A DNA stretch of 45,271 nt from Deltaproteobacteria bacterium (GTDB lineage Bacteria > Omnitrophota > Gorgyraeia > Gygaellales > Profunditerraquicolaceae). The stretch spans positions 1-45,271 of the forward strand of contig JBLMZF010000121.1 of NCBI GenBank assembly GCA_050258655.1, read 5' to 3'. The position numbers were made by a program, and so were the translations under genes. Of the stretch, positions 15,853 to 25,707 are shown piece by piece. The notes under the pieces were generated by a model that saw only the letters and a program-made list of their open reading frames with translations, ran no database searches and had not been told where the DNA came from. The stretch's first letter is position 1. Each line of letters starts with the position of its first letter.

Positions 15853-16508
15853 TAGAATGATTCCTTCAATAGTCTGGCGTAGATGGCTTCCTCGAGCCGC
15901 GACAGCCTGCTCGAGAACCGGTTATCGAACTGTATCCTTCCGTCGGGCGACAGGATCACCACGCCCGGCTCGTCAAAATCGCTTTTTGTGTAGATGAAGG
16001 TGAAATCCTTCCCCGCCGCCTTGCGGCAGAAGGCCCCGAGCCCGGCGATGAAATCGCCCGAGGCGAAAAGTTTCTCGTCGGGAAAGGCATAGCGGACCTC
16101 AAGCCGCGGCTCGCCGATGACCTTCGCGCCCTCGGCCACCGCCTTGTAAAGGAACTGGTCGTATCCGGGCGCGCCCCTGAACCTGCGCGCCTGCTCGGAG
16201 ACCGCCGAAAGCACCTGGCGGATGAACCGGTCCTTCTCCTCCAGCAGGAGCCGCTTTTTCTCGAGGGATATCCCCGAAAGCACGCGCTCACGCGACTTCG
16301 CGATTTCCGCGCGCGCCTGGTCGAGGATCGCCCCCCGCCTGCTCTCGGCCTCGTCGGACGCCTGCCTGAGGACCCTGTCGGCCTCATCCTTGGCGGCGGC
16401 GACGAGAGACTGCGCCTCCCGGGACGCCTCCTCCCTGATGCGCGCGACGATAAGCTCCGCGTTCTTTTCCTGCCCCGGAACGGCCTGCTGCTCTTTTCTC
16501 TTTTCCAT
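15852..16508 (-). CDS. ntpE: V/A-type ATPase subunit E
   Basis: Coiled-coil N-terminus, C-terminal GVVILSPDGRIQFDNRFSSRL; operon position. Confidence 0.85.
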   Translation of the reverse strand: MEKRKEQQAVPGQEKNAELIVARIREEASREAQSLVAAAKDEADRVLRQASDEAESRRGAILDQARAEIAKSRERVLSGISLEKKRLLLEEKDRFIRQVLSAVSEQARRFRGAPGYDQFLYKAVAEGAKVIGEPRLEVRYAFPDEKLFASGDFIAGLGAFCRKAAGKDFTFIYTKSDFDEPGVVILSPDGRIQFDNRFSSRLSRLEEAIYARLLKESF

Positions 16509-16805
16509 TTACATCCCCGCGATCTGCCTCAGAAGCTCCCCAGCGCTCTTCCTCGGCCTGAAATCGCCCTTTGAGGGGACCTCGAGGATGAGCGGCATCG
16601 GATTGAGGCTGATATGCTCGCTGACTTCGTCACGGACCAGGTCCGCGGCCTTGCTGGTGATCAGGATGATGCCCACGTCCTTGTCGGAACGCGCGGCGGA
16701 AAGGGCGTCCAGCGCCTCATCTCGCGAGGAGACGTCCCTCGTCTCGACGCCGGCGAGCCTGAACCCCAGCCCGCTCTCCCTGTCCGCTATGCAGAAAAAT
16801 ACCAT
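16509..16805 (-). CDS. V/A-type ATPase subunit F
   Basis: 98 aa; IADRESGLGFRLAGV, DVGIILIT, PLILEVP. Confidence 0.9.
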   Translation of the reverse strand: MVFFCIADRESGLGFRLAGVETRDVSSRDEALDALSAARSDKDVGIILITSKAADLVRDEVSEHISLNPMPLILEVPSKGDFRPRKSAGELLRQIAGM

Positions 16806-17174
<369 letters not shown>

Positions 17175-19091
17175 TTATATCGAAAGCGGTTTGAACTCGG
17201 TCTTCCCGCTGATGAAGAACTTCGAGAAAAATTCGTAATAGTTGAGCCTCAGCGACTGGATGCTGACCACAACACCCTCCAGCACCATCACCACGATATT
17301 GCCGACGACGATCATCCCCAGGGACCCGGCGCCCTTGAGCCCGTGGGCGATCTGGAAGATCGCCAGAAGCAGGGCGGCATGCGCCAGCGCGAACGCGCCC
17401 ATGCGCACGAACGAGACGGTGTTGGCCAGGTATCCCATCGCGAACTCGAGCAGCCCCAGGAGGCTCTCGATGAAAGATTCCAGGAAACTGCCGTGCGGCT
17501 CATGGCCATGCCGCGCCGTCTGCCTGCGATGCATGAAGAACTCGACGATCGGGAACAGGAACAGGCATCCGATGCCGCCGAGGATCACCGCGTACAGCGC
17601 GGCCGGGACCGGCGCGTGCGTGAACATCGTACGGATGATCACGGCGATCGCGGACCAGTAGACCAACCCGCCGATAAGTCCGGCCTTGTCGAAAAGCAGC
17701 CGGACGTAGTTGCGGTCCCTCAGCGCGTTTACCACGTTGAGCAGGATACCGATACTTATGATCGCTATGCCGGCATACACGCTGAACGAGAGCAGCCCGT
17801 CGACGTTCCGCAGCGGCTCCCTGAACAGCGAATGGAACTCCACGCCGAAAGCGCTGCCTTCAAGCAGGCCGAATATGGCCCCGCTTGTGCCGCAGTAGAC
17901 CAGGAGCGCCGCGAACTGCCTCATCAACCCGTCCTTGACCTTGAAAAGCGTGAACGCGCCGATGAGCGCGAACACCAGCCCCTGCCCCAGGTCACCGAAC
18001 ATCAGGCCGAACATGAACACGAAACTCAGCGCCACGAAGAAGGTCGGATCGAGCGTCCCGTAGCGGGGAACGCCGTACGAACCCACCAGCAGGCCGAACG
18101 GGGCAAGCAGCGGGTTGCGCGCGAAACGCACAGGGATATCTTCTTTTGGCACATCAGTATCGCGCGGCTCTCTGGCTTCGATATAGGATGCTCCGGCGAC
18201 CCGGCGGACGCCTGAAAAAAGTTTCTGCCGGTCTTCGGCGGGGACCCAGCCCGAGAAGATCACCGTCTTCTCGGTGGCGACCGCCTGCCTGCGCGCCTCA
18301 AGCAGCGCTTTATGCAGCCCGGCCGACGAATATGCCAGCGAAAGGGTCTGCCTGACGTACATGCCGAGGGCGGCGATCTGCGCTCCGGCCTTCTCCGCCT
18401 GCCCCCGGTTGGCAGCTATCTGAGCCCGCAGGCGTTCCTGCGCTTCCTGCGGCATCGCCTTGCCTTTGGGGAACTCTTCTTCCTGCCAGCCCGCGTCGGC
18501 AAGCGCCTTGTCCAGCCGCGCGCTGTCACGCTTCAGACCGATAAAAAGAGCGGAAACACGCGTTCCCTGCCTGGAAAAAGGCGAGATCACGTGGGGGACC
18601 TGAGCAAGGTCGTGTTCAAGGATCTCTATGTTCTTCTCGTCGATCTTCCCCAGTGATATGCGCAGGAAGGAATAAGCGCCTTCCCGGGGCAAAGGCAGCG
18701 ACAGATAGGCGGACACCTGTGAAAGGACCGCCTCGTCGTTCTTGACCGCCTGCAGGAGCTCCTCCCTCTTTGCGACCAGAGGGGCCAGTTGTTTATCTAT
18801 CCGCGCCAGTTCCGCTCCGGGATCGCCCGGCATCAGCGCCGGAGCCGGGCGCGGGGCCTCGATCTTCACCGACATCACCGCGGCCATTTCCTGCGCCCTG
18901 GCCTGGAGCCTGTCGAACCGTTCGTATTCCCGGGCGACTTCCACCGGCGAAAGACCCTGGATCCCTCCCTCCACCTGCCTGAGATCGACGGGATGGAAAG
19001 CCCCGGAAGCCAGCAGGTACGAACTTACGTCCTGCGCCTTGTCCTTTAAAACAACCAGATTGACCAGTTCGAGCGGATCGGTCGTGAACAT
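17175..19091 (-). CDS. ntpI: V/A-type ATPase membrane subunit I/a
   Basis: YGVPRYGTLDPT, FGLMFGDLGQG, NTVSFVRMGAFALAH, QSLRLNYYEFFSKF. Start placed at ATG 19091 (TGATG overlap with the C subunit stop). Confidence 0.93.
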   Translation of the reverse strand: MFTTDPLELVNLVVLKDKAQDVSSYLLASGAFHPVDLRQVEGGIQGLSPVEVAREYERFDRLQARAQEMAAVMSVKIEAPRPAPALMPGDPGAELARIDKQLAPLVAKREELLQAVKNDEAVLSQVSAYLSLPLPREGAYSFLRISLGKIDEKNIEILEHDLAQVPHVISPFSRQGTRVSALFIGLKRDSARLDKALADAGWQEEEFPKGKAMPQEAQERLRAQIAANRGQAEKAGAQIAALGMYVRQTLSLAYSSAGLHKALLEARRQAVATEKTVIFSGWVPAEDRQKLFSGVRRVAGASYIEAREPRDTDVPKEDIPVRFARNPLLAPFGLLVGSYGVPRYGTLDPTFFVALSFVFMFGLMFGDLGQGLVFALIGAFTLFKVKDGLMRQFAALLVYCGTSGAIFGLLEGSAFGVEFHSLFREPLRNVDGLLSFSVYAGIAIISIGILLNVVNALRDRNYVRLLFDKAGLIGGLVYWSAIAVIIRTMFTHAPVPAALYAVILGGIGCLFLFPIVEFFMHRRQTARHGHEPHGSFLESFIESLLGLLEFAMGYLANTVSFVRMGAFALAHAALLLAIFQIAHGLKGAGSLGMIVVGNIVVMVLEGVVVSIQSLRLNYYEFFSKFFISGKTEFKPLSI

Positions 19092-20128
19092 CAGAAAGTT
19101 ATAAGGGACAACACGTCGTCCTTCTTCCAACCCAGCCGCTTGGCGTTGAGGACCGAAATGATATTCCTTGTCTCTTTGCGTTTAAGCGTCAGGTAACCAA
19201 GCACGGTGCCGATGGAGAACGGAAACCCGGCCAGGGCGCGCTTGACCTGCCTCAGGAGCACTTCGTACAGGAAATTCTCGATCAAATGGATATTCTGCTC
19301 CGAGAGGTCTTTAAGACGGCCGTAAGGGCCTATGGCCAGACTTTCCAGGAGCTTGCCCATCCCGTCGGCAGTGTAGTATTTGCGCACTGAATCCCGGTCG
19401 ATGCGCTCTCCGCCGGGGATGATCCACTCCAGCATATCGCCCATCGGTATATCGTAGTACTTCCGGAGCCTCACCAGCCAGTTTATGTTCTCTATGTCGA
19501 TCTCGATGCCGAGGATCTTCATCGCCACGCTCTTGTCCTGCTCGGAGAACTTCCCCACCGCCTTGAGCACCCGCTGGTAGTAATCTATGTCGAGCGAGAC
19601 CTCCAGGTAGAACAGCGAACCGGTCTCCTTGTACTTGTCCCTGCCCCTGGCCAGCGGCCTGAAATACGGGGTCTCCGAAAGCAAGACGATCAGCTCGTTT
19701 ATATCCTGCGCCTTGAGCAGCTTGCCGTAATCGATCGCATGGAGGATGGTATGGTTCGGCAGGTACTCGGCCGGGTCGACCTGCACCCGCTTATGCCACA
19801 GCCGCAGCGCGACCTTGAGCGCCTCGATCTCGTATTTCTCGAGGAGAAGGTCCACGAACTCTTTCTCTGACGGCTGGAGTATCGAAGCCACCTTGCGGAA
19901 CACATCCTCATCGAAGACGGTGAGCGCTTCCTCGATGCGGTGTATGTCCGGCTCCTCCTTGCTCAGCTTCTCGAACACCGGAGCGTACTGTGTCCTGGCA
20001 AGGAAGTCCAGTGCCTCGCGCAGATCACGGGCGGACAGGAGCGACTCGAACGACGGCTCGTCGAGCAGGCGCGAAAGCATCGCGCGGATCTTTGCGTTGG
20101 CGTAGGCGTATTTCTTGAGCTGGCTCAT
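19091..20128 (-). CDS. ntpC: V/A-type ATPase subunit C/d
   Basis: YAYANAKIRAMLSRLL N-terminus, IDIENINW and LGYLTLKRKETRNI C-terminus. Confidence 0.9.
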   Translation of the reverse strand: MSQLKKYAYANAKIRAMLSRLLDEPSFESLLSARDLREALDFLARTQYAPVFEKLSKEEPDIHRIEEALTVFDEDVFRKVASILQPSEKEFVDLLLEKYEIEALKVALRLWHKRVQVDPAEYLPNHTILHAIDYGKLLKAQDINELIVLLSETPYFRPLARGRDKYKETGSLFYLEVSLDIDYYQRVLKAVGKFSEQDKSVAMKILGIEIDIENINWLVRLRKYYDIPMGDMLEWIIPGGERIDRDSVRKYYTADGMGKLLESLAIGPYGRLKDLSEQNIHLIENFLYEVLLRQVKRALAGFPFSIGTVLGYLTLKRKETRNIISVLNAKRLGWKKDDVLSLITF

Positions 20129-20179
20129 AACGTTTTACACCGCCCAGGTGACAAATCCACTGCGCGGCGAATGATTTAT

Positions 20180-20497
20180 TTAGATCTTTATGTCTATGAC
20201 CTCGGAAAAATACTGCTGGGCGAACCTCGGGATGTCCTTCGACTTCTTCTCCCGCTGAGCGGCCGTCTGCGAGCGCGCTTCGGCGAGCATCTTCTCCTTC
20301 TCGGCCTGCTGCGCTTTGAACGCTTCATCCTTCTGTTTCTGAACGTCGCTCTTGGCGTCGCTGACCGCGTTTTCAATAGTGATCGCAGCCTGCTGCCTGG
20401 CACGGGTGACCAGCGCGACAGAATCCTGACGCGCCTTTTCGACCTGCTTGCGGGCGTTCTCCTCTTCCTGAAGAATCCTGCTGACTATTTCCTTCAT
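20180..20497 (-). CDS. V/A-type ATPase peripheral stalk subunit G/H
   Basis: 105-aa E/K/A-rich coiled coil, first gene of the operon. Confidence 0.75.
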   Translation of the reverse strand: MKEIVSRILQEEENARKQVEKARQDSVALVTRARQQAAITIENAVSDAKSDVQKQKDEAFKAQQAEKEKMLAEARSQTAAQREKKSKDIPRFAQQYFSEVIDIKI

Positions 20498-20567
20498 CTG
20501 AATCCTAACCTCATGTAAGATGGGGTGTTGGGAATTGAAGCGGGAATAGCGTTCTATTGGATTTATT

Positions 20568-20596
20568 ATTATATCTCCACCCTCAGGAAGTGTCTA
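20568..20596 (-). promoter_or_regulatory. Sigma-70 promoter for the V/A-ATPase operon
   Basis: TAGACA-N17-TATAAT on the minus strand. Confidence 0.7.
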
Positions 20597-20621
20597 TATT
20601 TTTCTATATAATAGCTAACTT

Positions 20622-20650
20622 GGGGACGGGTCCCTCGTTAACCCGTCCCC
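20622..20650. repeat. GGGGACGGGT/ACCCGTCCCC palindrome after the glnK stop (terminator- or REP-like)
   Basis: 10-bp perfect arms; same arm sequence as 8637-8670. Confidence 0.7.
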
Positions 20651-20659
20651 TTTTATACC

Positions 20660-21001
20660 TTAACCTATCGCCGGTGAACCGCGCTCCTCGGTACGGATAC
20701 GGATACAGTCCTTGAGGTCGAGGACGAATATCTTGCCGTCCCCTATCTCGCCCGTGCGCGCGCCCTTGACGATGGCCTTGACCGTGGGCTCGAGATAATT
20801 ATCGTTCACGGCTATATCGACGCGTATCTTTCGCAGCAGGTTGCCCGTTTCCTTTATGCCGCGGTAGACCTCGGTCACGCCTCCCTGCCTGCCATGGCCG
20901 AGCACCTCGCTGACGGTGATCAGGTTCACATCGGCCTTGTAGAGCTCCTGCTTGACCTCTTCAAGTCTGTCGGGTTGAATGATCGCGATCACATATTTCA
21001 T
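20660..21001 (-). CDS. glnK: PII nitrogen signalling protein
   Basis: 113 aa; GHGRQGG, YRG and ARTGEIGDGKIFV..L..CIRIRT; adjacent to amtB. Confidence 0.93.
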   Translation of the reverse strand: MKYVIAIIQPDRLEEVKQELYKADVNLITVSEVLGHGRQGGVTEVYRGIKETGNLLRKIRVDIAVNDNYLEPTVKAIVKGARTGEIGDGKIFVLDLKDCIRIRTEERGSPAIG

Positions 21002-21057
21002 ATTGGTCTCCTTATACCCGGCGTTTGATAGGAATTACGCCGGTATACGTCCGTGCG

Positions 21058-22284
21058 CTATTCGATTACAGTGTATGCCCGTTCATGATGCTGGGTGAGG
21101 TCGAGCCCCATCTTTTCATCCTGCTCGTTGACCCGGAGCCCCGTGACCGCCTTGACGAGCAGGCAGATAAGGAACGTTCCGACCCCGGAGAAGACTATCG
21201 TCGTCCCGACCGCGATGACCTGGGTCATCAGCTGACCCGGATTGCCGTAGAAAAGTCCGTCGGCTCCCGCAGGGTTGACCGATCTGGTCGCGAAAAGCCC
21301 GGTGGCGATCGCGCCCCAAATGCCGCCCACGCCGTGGACGCCGAATACGTCGAGAGAATCGTCATAACCGAGCTTGCTCTTCATGACGGTCACCATGAAG
21401 AAGCAGATCACGCTGACCAGAAGGCCGATGATCACCGCACCGATCACGTTGACGTACCCTGAGCCGGGGGTGATGGCTACCAGGCCTGCGACAAGGCCGG
21501 TGGCCACACCGAACGTGGTGGGCTTGCCGCTCATCTTCCATTCAAGCAATGCCCAGCTCAGGCCCGCTGCCGCGGCCGCGGTGTTAGTGACCACGAACGC
21601 GTTGACCGCGAGGCCGTTCGCCGCGAGGGCGCTTCCAGAGTTGAACCCGAACCAGCCGAACCAGAGAAGGCCGGCGCCGAGCAGGATGAACGGCACGTTG
21701 TGAGGCGGATACGCGTGGCCGTCATATCCCCTGCGCTTGCCGAGCATCAGGCAGGCGACGAACGCCGCGATACCCGCGTTGACATGGACGACGGTGCCGC
21801 CCGCGAAATCAAGCGCTCCCATCTTCCTCAGGAAACCGCCCACTCCCCATACCCAGTGGCACACGGGATCATAGATGAAGGTTGCCCAGAGAAGCATGAA
21901 CAGCAGGAACCCGGAGAACTTCATCCTCTCCGCGAACGCGCCAAGGATAAGGGCGGGGGTGATCACCGCGAACATGCACTGGAAGATCATGAACGCCTGA
22001 TGCGGTATGGTGCCGGCGTAATCCGCGTACGGCTCGAAGCCGACGCCGTTAAGCCCCGCCCAGCTGAACCCTCCCCAGAAGCCCGATCCGGGATGGAATG
22101 AAAGGCTGTAGCCGAACAGGACCCATTGGACGCTGATGACGCACATCAGGATGAAACATTGCATCAGGATGCCCAGGATGTTCTTCTTGCGGACCATGCC
22201 TCCGTAGAAGAAGGCCAGACCCGGGGTCATCAGAAGAACGAGGGCAGTCGATGCCAGAACCCACGCGGTATCCCCTGCATTCAT
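21058..22284 (-). CDS. amtB: Ammonium transporter
   Basis: LMTPGLAFFYGG, DFAGGTVVH, WFGWFGFNSGS, DDSLDVFGVHG (both pore histidines present). Confidence 0.97.
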   Translation of the reverse strand: MNAGDTAWVLASTALVLLMTPGLAFFYGGMVRKKNILGILMQCFILMCVISVQWVLFGYSLSFHPGSGFWGGFSWAGLNGVGFEPYADYAGTIPHQAFMIFQCMFAVITPALILGAFAERMKFSGFLLFMLLWATFIYDPVCHWVWGVGGFLRKMGALDFAGGTVVHVNAGIAAFVACLMLGKRRGYDGHAYPPHNVPFILLGAGLLWFGWFGFNSGSALAANGLAVNAFVVTNTAAAAAGLSWALLEWKMSGKPTTFGVATGLVAGLVAITPGSGYVNVIGAVIIGLLVSVICFFMVTVMKSKLGYDDSLDVFGVHGVGGIWGAIATGLFATRSVNPAGADGLFYGNPGQLMTQVIAVGTTIVFSGVGTFLICLLVKAVTGLRVNEQDEKMGLDLTQHHERAYTVIE

Positions 22285-22306
22285 GTGTACCTCCTTTGCG
22301 GTTGTT

Positions 22307-23113
22307 TTAGAACTTGTATTTTGCGGTTACTCCCCAGTAAACCCTGCTTTTCTGGTTGCCGTCGGCCGGGTCCCTGAGGTGGCTGAACGCGCGCGAATAA
22401 TTGACGTTGGGACTGACCGTAGCGCTCGCCGTTATCGGAACGGTAAAGCCCGCGGAGAGACCCAGATCCTGTCCGTCCCGGTTGATGAAGTCCTTGTGGT
22501 TGAACCCGTAATGGCCGGCGAGATCGAGCGAACAGTTGTACCTGGAGACCGCCACCGGCACTCCGATGCCAAGATTCAGCACGGTATAGGTCCCGTTGCC
22601 GCCGCCGTTCTTCGGGTCGCCGTAATCGCGGTAGAAGAAGACCGACGGGCAGGCGGTGATGCCTTTGATCGTACCGATGGTGGGGCAAGGCACGACCGGG
22701 AAGGTCAGCCCGAGGTACCATTCCTTGCTGAAGGTATTGGTCCCGGAGAAATCATAATAGGTGTTGCCGGCGGAGAGGGCGTATTTCCCCAGGGCATAGG
22801 TGTAATCGAGGGTATAGTCCTGCTCGTCCGACTTAAGCGTATCCTCGTTCTCAAGGTCGTGATTGACCCAGATCTTCGCGGTGAAGACGCCGAAACCCTT
22901 GTCGGGGGTGGAAAGGTAATAGCCCGGCTGGATGACCGCGTCGCGGTCAAGGATCATGCCTCTCCAGACATATTTGGTGAAAAAGGAAACATCGCCGGTA
23001 GCCGTGAACCCGTTGCCGCTTAAGACCCCCGGGGCCTCGGGCGTCTGTGAAAAAGCCGGTGAGACCATGCACAAGAGAGACATCGCCAGCACTGCTGAGA
23101 GTACTCTTTTCAT
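22307..23113 (-). CDS. Putative outer-membrane beta-barrel porin (TorF/TIGR02001-like), upstream of amtB
   Basis: Signal peptide MKRVLSAVLAMSLLCMVSPAFS from ATG 23113 with RBS AAGGAG; TKYVWRG...IQPG pattern; alternating aromatic strands; C-terminal Phe (AKYKF). Confidence 0.7.
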   Translation of the reverse strand: MKRVLSAVLAMSLLCMVSPAFSQTPEAPGVLSGNGFTATGDVSFFTKYVWRGMILDRDAVIQPGYYLSTPDKGFGVFTAKIWVNHDLENEDTLKSDEQDYTLDYTYALGKYALSAGNTYYDFSGTNTFSKEWYLGLTFPVVPCPTIGTIKGITACPSVFFYRDYGDPKNGGGNGTYTVLNLGIGVPVAVSRYNCSLDLAGHYGFNHKDFINRDGQDLGLSAGFTVPITASATVSPNVNYSRAFSHLRDPADGNQKSRVYWGVTAKYKF

Positions 23114-23137
23114 CGCCGCTCCTTGGTTGACCATCTT

Positions 23138-23283
23138 AAAAATGAAAAGGGCGTCCCAAATCCCGCCCTTCATCGGATTCAAGACGCCTGCGTCTTTAAC
23201 GTACCATCTGCCTGGTTTTAACAAAAAAAGCGTTCTCCTATACTCTGAGAACGCTCTCTTCCGAGGCACTATCACTGTGCCTC
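23138..23283 (-). promoter_or_regulatory. Leader of porin-amtB-glnK with two tandem terminators and ANTAR-like hairpins
   Basis: Minus strand: GAGGCAC-AGTGATA-GTGCCTC; terminator AGCGTTCTC/GAGAACGCT-T6; ACCA-GGCAGA-TGGT; AAGAC-GCAGGC-GTCTT (23196-23181) overlapping a 14-bp stem GGCGTCTTGAATCC/GGATTTGGGACGCC followed by TTTTCATTTTT. Confidence 0.65.
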
Positions 23284-23289
23284 CATCAT

Positions 23290-23320
23290 TACAAGTAACC
23301 CGGTCTTACGCCTGGTAACA
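23290..23320 (-). promoter_or_regulatory. Bipartite motif TGTTACCAG-N11-GGTTACTTGTA, copy 2
   Basis: Same boxes and spacing as 11009-11039; begins 5 nt after the sigma factor stop codon. Confidence 0.75.
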
Positions 23321-23325
23321 AAAAT

Positions 23326-23832
23326 CTATTGTATCTTCAGGTCAAGATACTTGCGGCACTTATCGCCGATAGTTTTCTTCATCTTGACCACCCTGACATG
23401 GGAAAGACCCACACGGGCGCCGATCTGGCGCGTGGTCAGCCCCTGCGCGAACAGCGGGAGCAGCTTCTTTTCCCGGTCGGTCAGGCCGTTGTTGCAGATC
23501 ACATCCGCCAGCATCCTGTTGTTGAGCTGCTCGATGAAATCCTCGTGGCGCGGGTCCGGCAGGTCGACGGTCTCTTCAGCGTTGTCGAGGCATAAGCGGC
23601 TGAACCGGTCCTTGCTCATCCGGATATGGTTCTGGAGATGGAAATAGCAGCCCTGGAGGATGTAGCTCTCCGTCTTGTCCGCGAACGCGCCGCTGTTGAA
23701 ATTCTTCCACAGGAAGACCACCGCCTCCTGGAACAGGTCCTCCTCATCCATCGAGGAGAATCCCCGGTTCAGCTTGTAGGCGATCGCCCTGAGCTTGGGA
23801 GTGAGCCATTTGAGGAAATCCTCGAACCCCAT
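23326..23832 (-). CDS. Small sigma-70 family factor (regions 2 and 4 only, ECF/SigH-sized)
   Basis: 168 aa; region 2 DEEDLFQEAVVFLW and region 4 LTDREKKLL...GLTTRQIGARVGLS. ATG 23832 overlaps the nadE stop (TAATG). Confidence 0.85.
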   Translation of the reverse strand: MGFEDFLKWLTPKLRAIAYKLNRGFSSMDEEDLFQEAVVFLWKNFNSGAFADKTESYILQGCYFHLQNHIRMSKDRFSRLCLDNAEETVDLPDPRHEDFIEQLNNRMLADVICNNGLTDREKKLLPLFAQGLTTRQIGARVGLSHVRVVKMKKTIGDKCRKYLDLKIQ

Positions 23833-25538
23833 TATTTGGTTTCCTTTTTCCTGAAAACGCCCGCGCATTCTGGATATTTGTTGGTGATCGGCATCCTGCG
23901 GTCCCTGCCGAACGCCTTCGGCGTGATCTTGATGCCGGGAGGAGACTGCCTTCTCTTGTATTCGCTGCGGTCGACAAGGCAGAACACCCTGCGCACGGTA
24001 TCCTCGTCGAATCCCATCTTGAGGACGTCCGAATAATGCTTGTCCTCCTCCACATTGGCCTTGAGGATGCGGTCAAGTATCCCGTACGGCGGGAGCGAAT
24101 CCGTGTCTTTCTGATTGGGCCGCAGTTCCGCGGTCGGCGCCTTCTCCATGATCCTCTGCGGAATGACCGGCTTGAGCGAGTTGCGGTAGCGGCACAGCTC
24201 GTACACCAGCATCTTGGGCACGTCCTTTATGACCGCCAGGCCTCCCGCCATGTCGCCGTAGAGCGTGGCATAGCCGACGCTCATCTCTGACTTGTTGCCG
24301 GTGGTCAGGACCAGCCACCCGAACTTGTTCGAGAACGCCATCAGTATGTTCCCCCTGATGCGCGCCTGCAGGTTCTCCTCGGTGATATCCCTCGGGCAGC
24401 CCTGGAAATGCGGCTCCAGCATCAGCAGGTAGCTCTTGAAGATGTATTCGATCGAGACGACCGAGAAATGTATGCCGAGATTATGCGCCAGCTGGCGGGC
24501 GTCCTCTTCCGATTCCCTTGAGGAATAGCGGGAAGGCATGAAAAGGGTGTTGACGTTCTCCACACCCAGCGCATCCGCCGCGAGCGTGGCGACCAGCGCC
24601 GAATCCACGCCGCCGCTCAAACCCACGACCACCTTGGAAAAACCGTTCTTGGCGACATAATCCCTCAACCCCAGGCAAAGCGCGTCGTACACCTCTTCTT
24701 CCTTGCCCGGCCGGATGATCTCGTGCTTCGGCAGGGGCTCCCTTTGCTGGACAGGGTTGCCGTGGACTTTGACACTGCGGCGGGGGATCGCGGTGGACTG
24801 CTTGACCGGCAGGTCCACGCAGAAAAGCTCTTCCTTGAACGCGGCCCCGCGGGCAAGGACTTCGCCTTTGGCATCCACGACCAGGCTCTGGCCGTCGAAG
24901 ACCAGCTCATCCTGGCCGCCCACCAGATTCAGATAGACCATCGGGATGCCGAGCTTGCGCGCCCTGGCGCGCACGTATTCTTCACGCTCGACCCCTCTTC
25001 CCGCGTAGTAAGGGGAAGCGTTGATAGTCACGATGGCCCGGGCTCCTCCCTTCACTTCCGCGGTAAGTGGACCGGGCTGCCAGATATCCTCGCAGATGGT
25101 CACCCCGAAACAGCATTTGTCCATCGCGCAGAGGAGCGGCTCGGTCCCGCCCTCGAAATACCGTTTTTCGTCAAAGACCCCGTAATTGGGCAGGCAGACC
25201 TTGTGGTAGACCGCCCTGATCTTCCCGGAATCGATGACGGCCGCCGCATTGTACAGTTTTCCGCCCTGGCTGTCGACAAAACCCACGATCGCGGTGATGC
25301 CCTCGATATCTTTCGCGAGCTCGCGGACCCGCTCGAGGTTGTCCAGGACGAACGAGGGCTTAAGCAGCAGGTCCTCAGGAGGATAGCCGGTGAGCGCAAG
25401 CTCCGGGAAAAGGACAATATCAGCCCCCTGCTCCCTGGCCAGGTCCTTGAAGCGCAGGACCTTCTCCGCGTTGCCGGCGAGGTCGCCGACCCTGCAGTCG
25501 ATCTGCGCGCATGCTATCCTGAGTATCGAATCCGCCAT
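23832..25538 (-). CDS. nadE: Glutamine-dependent NAD+ synthetase
   Basis: Nitrilase-fold domain with the E-K-C triad (FPEL, YHK, ICEDIW) fused to a synthetase domain (GLSGGVDS, ENLQARIRG, TGNKSE, TLYGD, SEYKRRQ). Confidence 0.96.
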   Translation of the reverse strand: MADSILRIACAQIDCRVGDLAGNAEKVLRFKDLAREQGADIVLFPELALTGYPPEDLLLKPSFVLDNLERVRELAKDIEGITAIVGFVDSQGGKLYNAAAVIDSGKIRAVYHKVCLPNYGVFDEKRYFEGGTEPLLCAMDKCCFGVTICEDIWQPGPLTAEVKGGARAIVTINASPYYAGRGVEREEYVRARARKLGIPMVYLNLVGGQDELVFDGQSLVVDAKGEVLARGAAFKEELFCVDLPVKQSTAIPRRSVKVHGNPVQQREPLPKHEIIRPGKEEEVYDALCLGLRDYVAKNGFSKVVVGLSGGVDSALVATLAADALGVENVNTLFMPSRYSSRESEEDARQLAHNLGIHFSVVSIEYIFKSYLLMLEPHFQGCPRDITEENLQARIRGNILMAFSNKFGWLVLTTGNKSEMSVGYATLYGDMAGGLAVIKDVPKMLVYELCRYRNSLKPVIPQRIMEKAPTAELRPNQKDTDSLPPYGILDRILKANVEEDKHYSDVLKMGFDEDTVRRVFCLVDRSEYKRRQSPPGIKITPKAFGRDRRMPITNKYPECAGVFRKKETK

Positions 25539-25595
25539 AGTGTCCGTATACCCCGCACTTGCGGGGAATTGCGCGGGTATGCGCCCGTGCGCAAA

Positions 25596-25692
25596 TAAAA
25601 AAACGTCCTTATATACATTATACAGCCGATGTATTCAGGACGTCTTTATCCCCAAAAAAAACGTTCGCCGTCACTGGCGAACGTCATTGTTC
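25596..25692 (-). promoter_or_regulatory. nadE-sigma leader: two tandem ANTAR-hairpin/terminator modules
   Basis: GAAC-AATGAC-GTTC (25692-25679) overlaps GACGTTCGCC/GGCGAACGTT plus a T-run. GGAT-AAAGAC-GTCC (25651-25638) overlaps GACGTCCT...AGGACGTT plus a T-run. Confidence 0.8.
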
Positions 25693-25707
25693 CCTCTTTC
25701 GCTTATA

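Noticed and set aside
21013-21047. Hairpin TATACCCGGCGT...ACGCCGGTATA between amtB and glnK as a further ANTAR site
   Set aside because: It has a large loop, no hexaloop and no U-tract; at most an mRNA-stability hairpin.
23114-23275. Extended N-termini in the ORF track (porin from 23275; likewise sigma 23868, ntpI 19130, prmA 34659, GNAT 35066, TM1266 41022)
   Set aside because: The extensions run through terminators or upstream genes. Downstream ATGs have an RBS, a stop/start overlap or a signal peptide.
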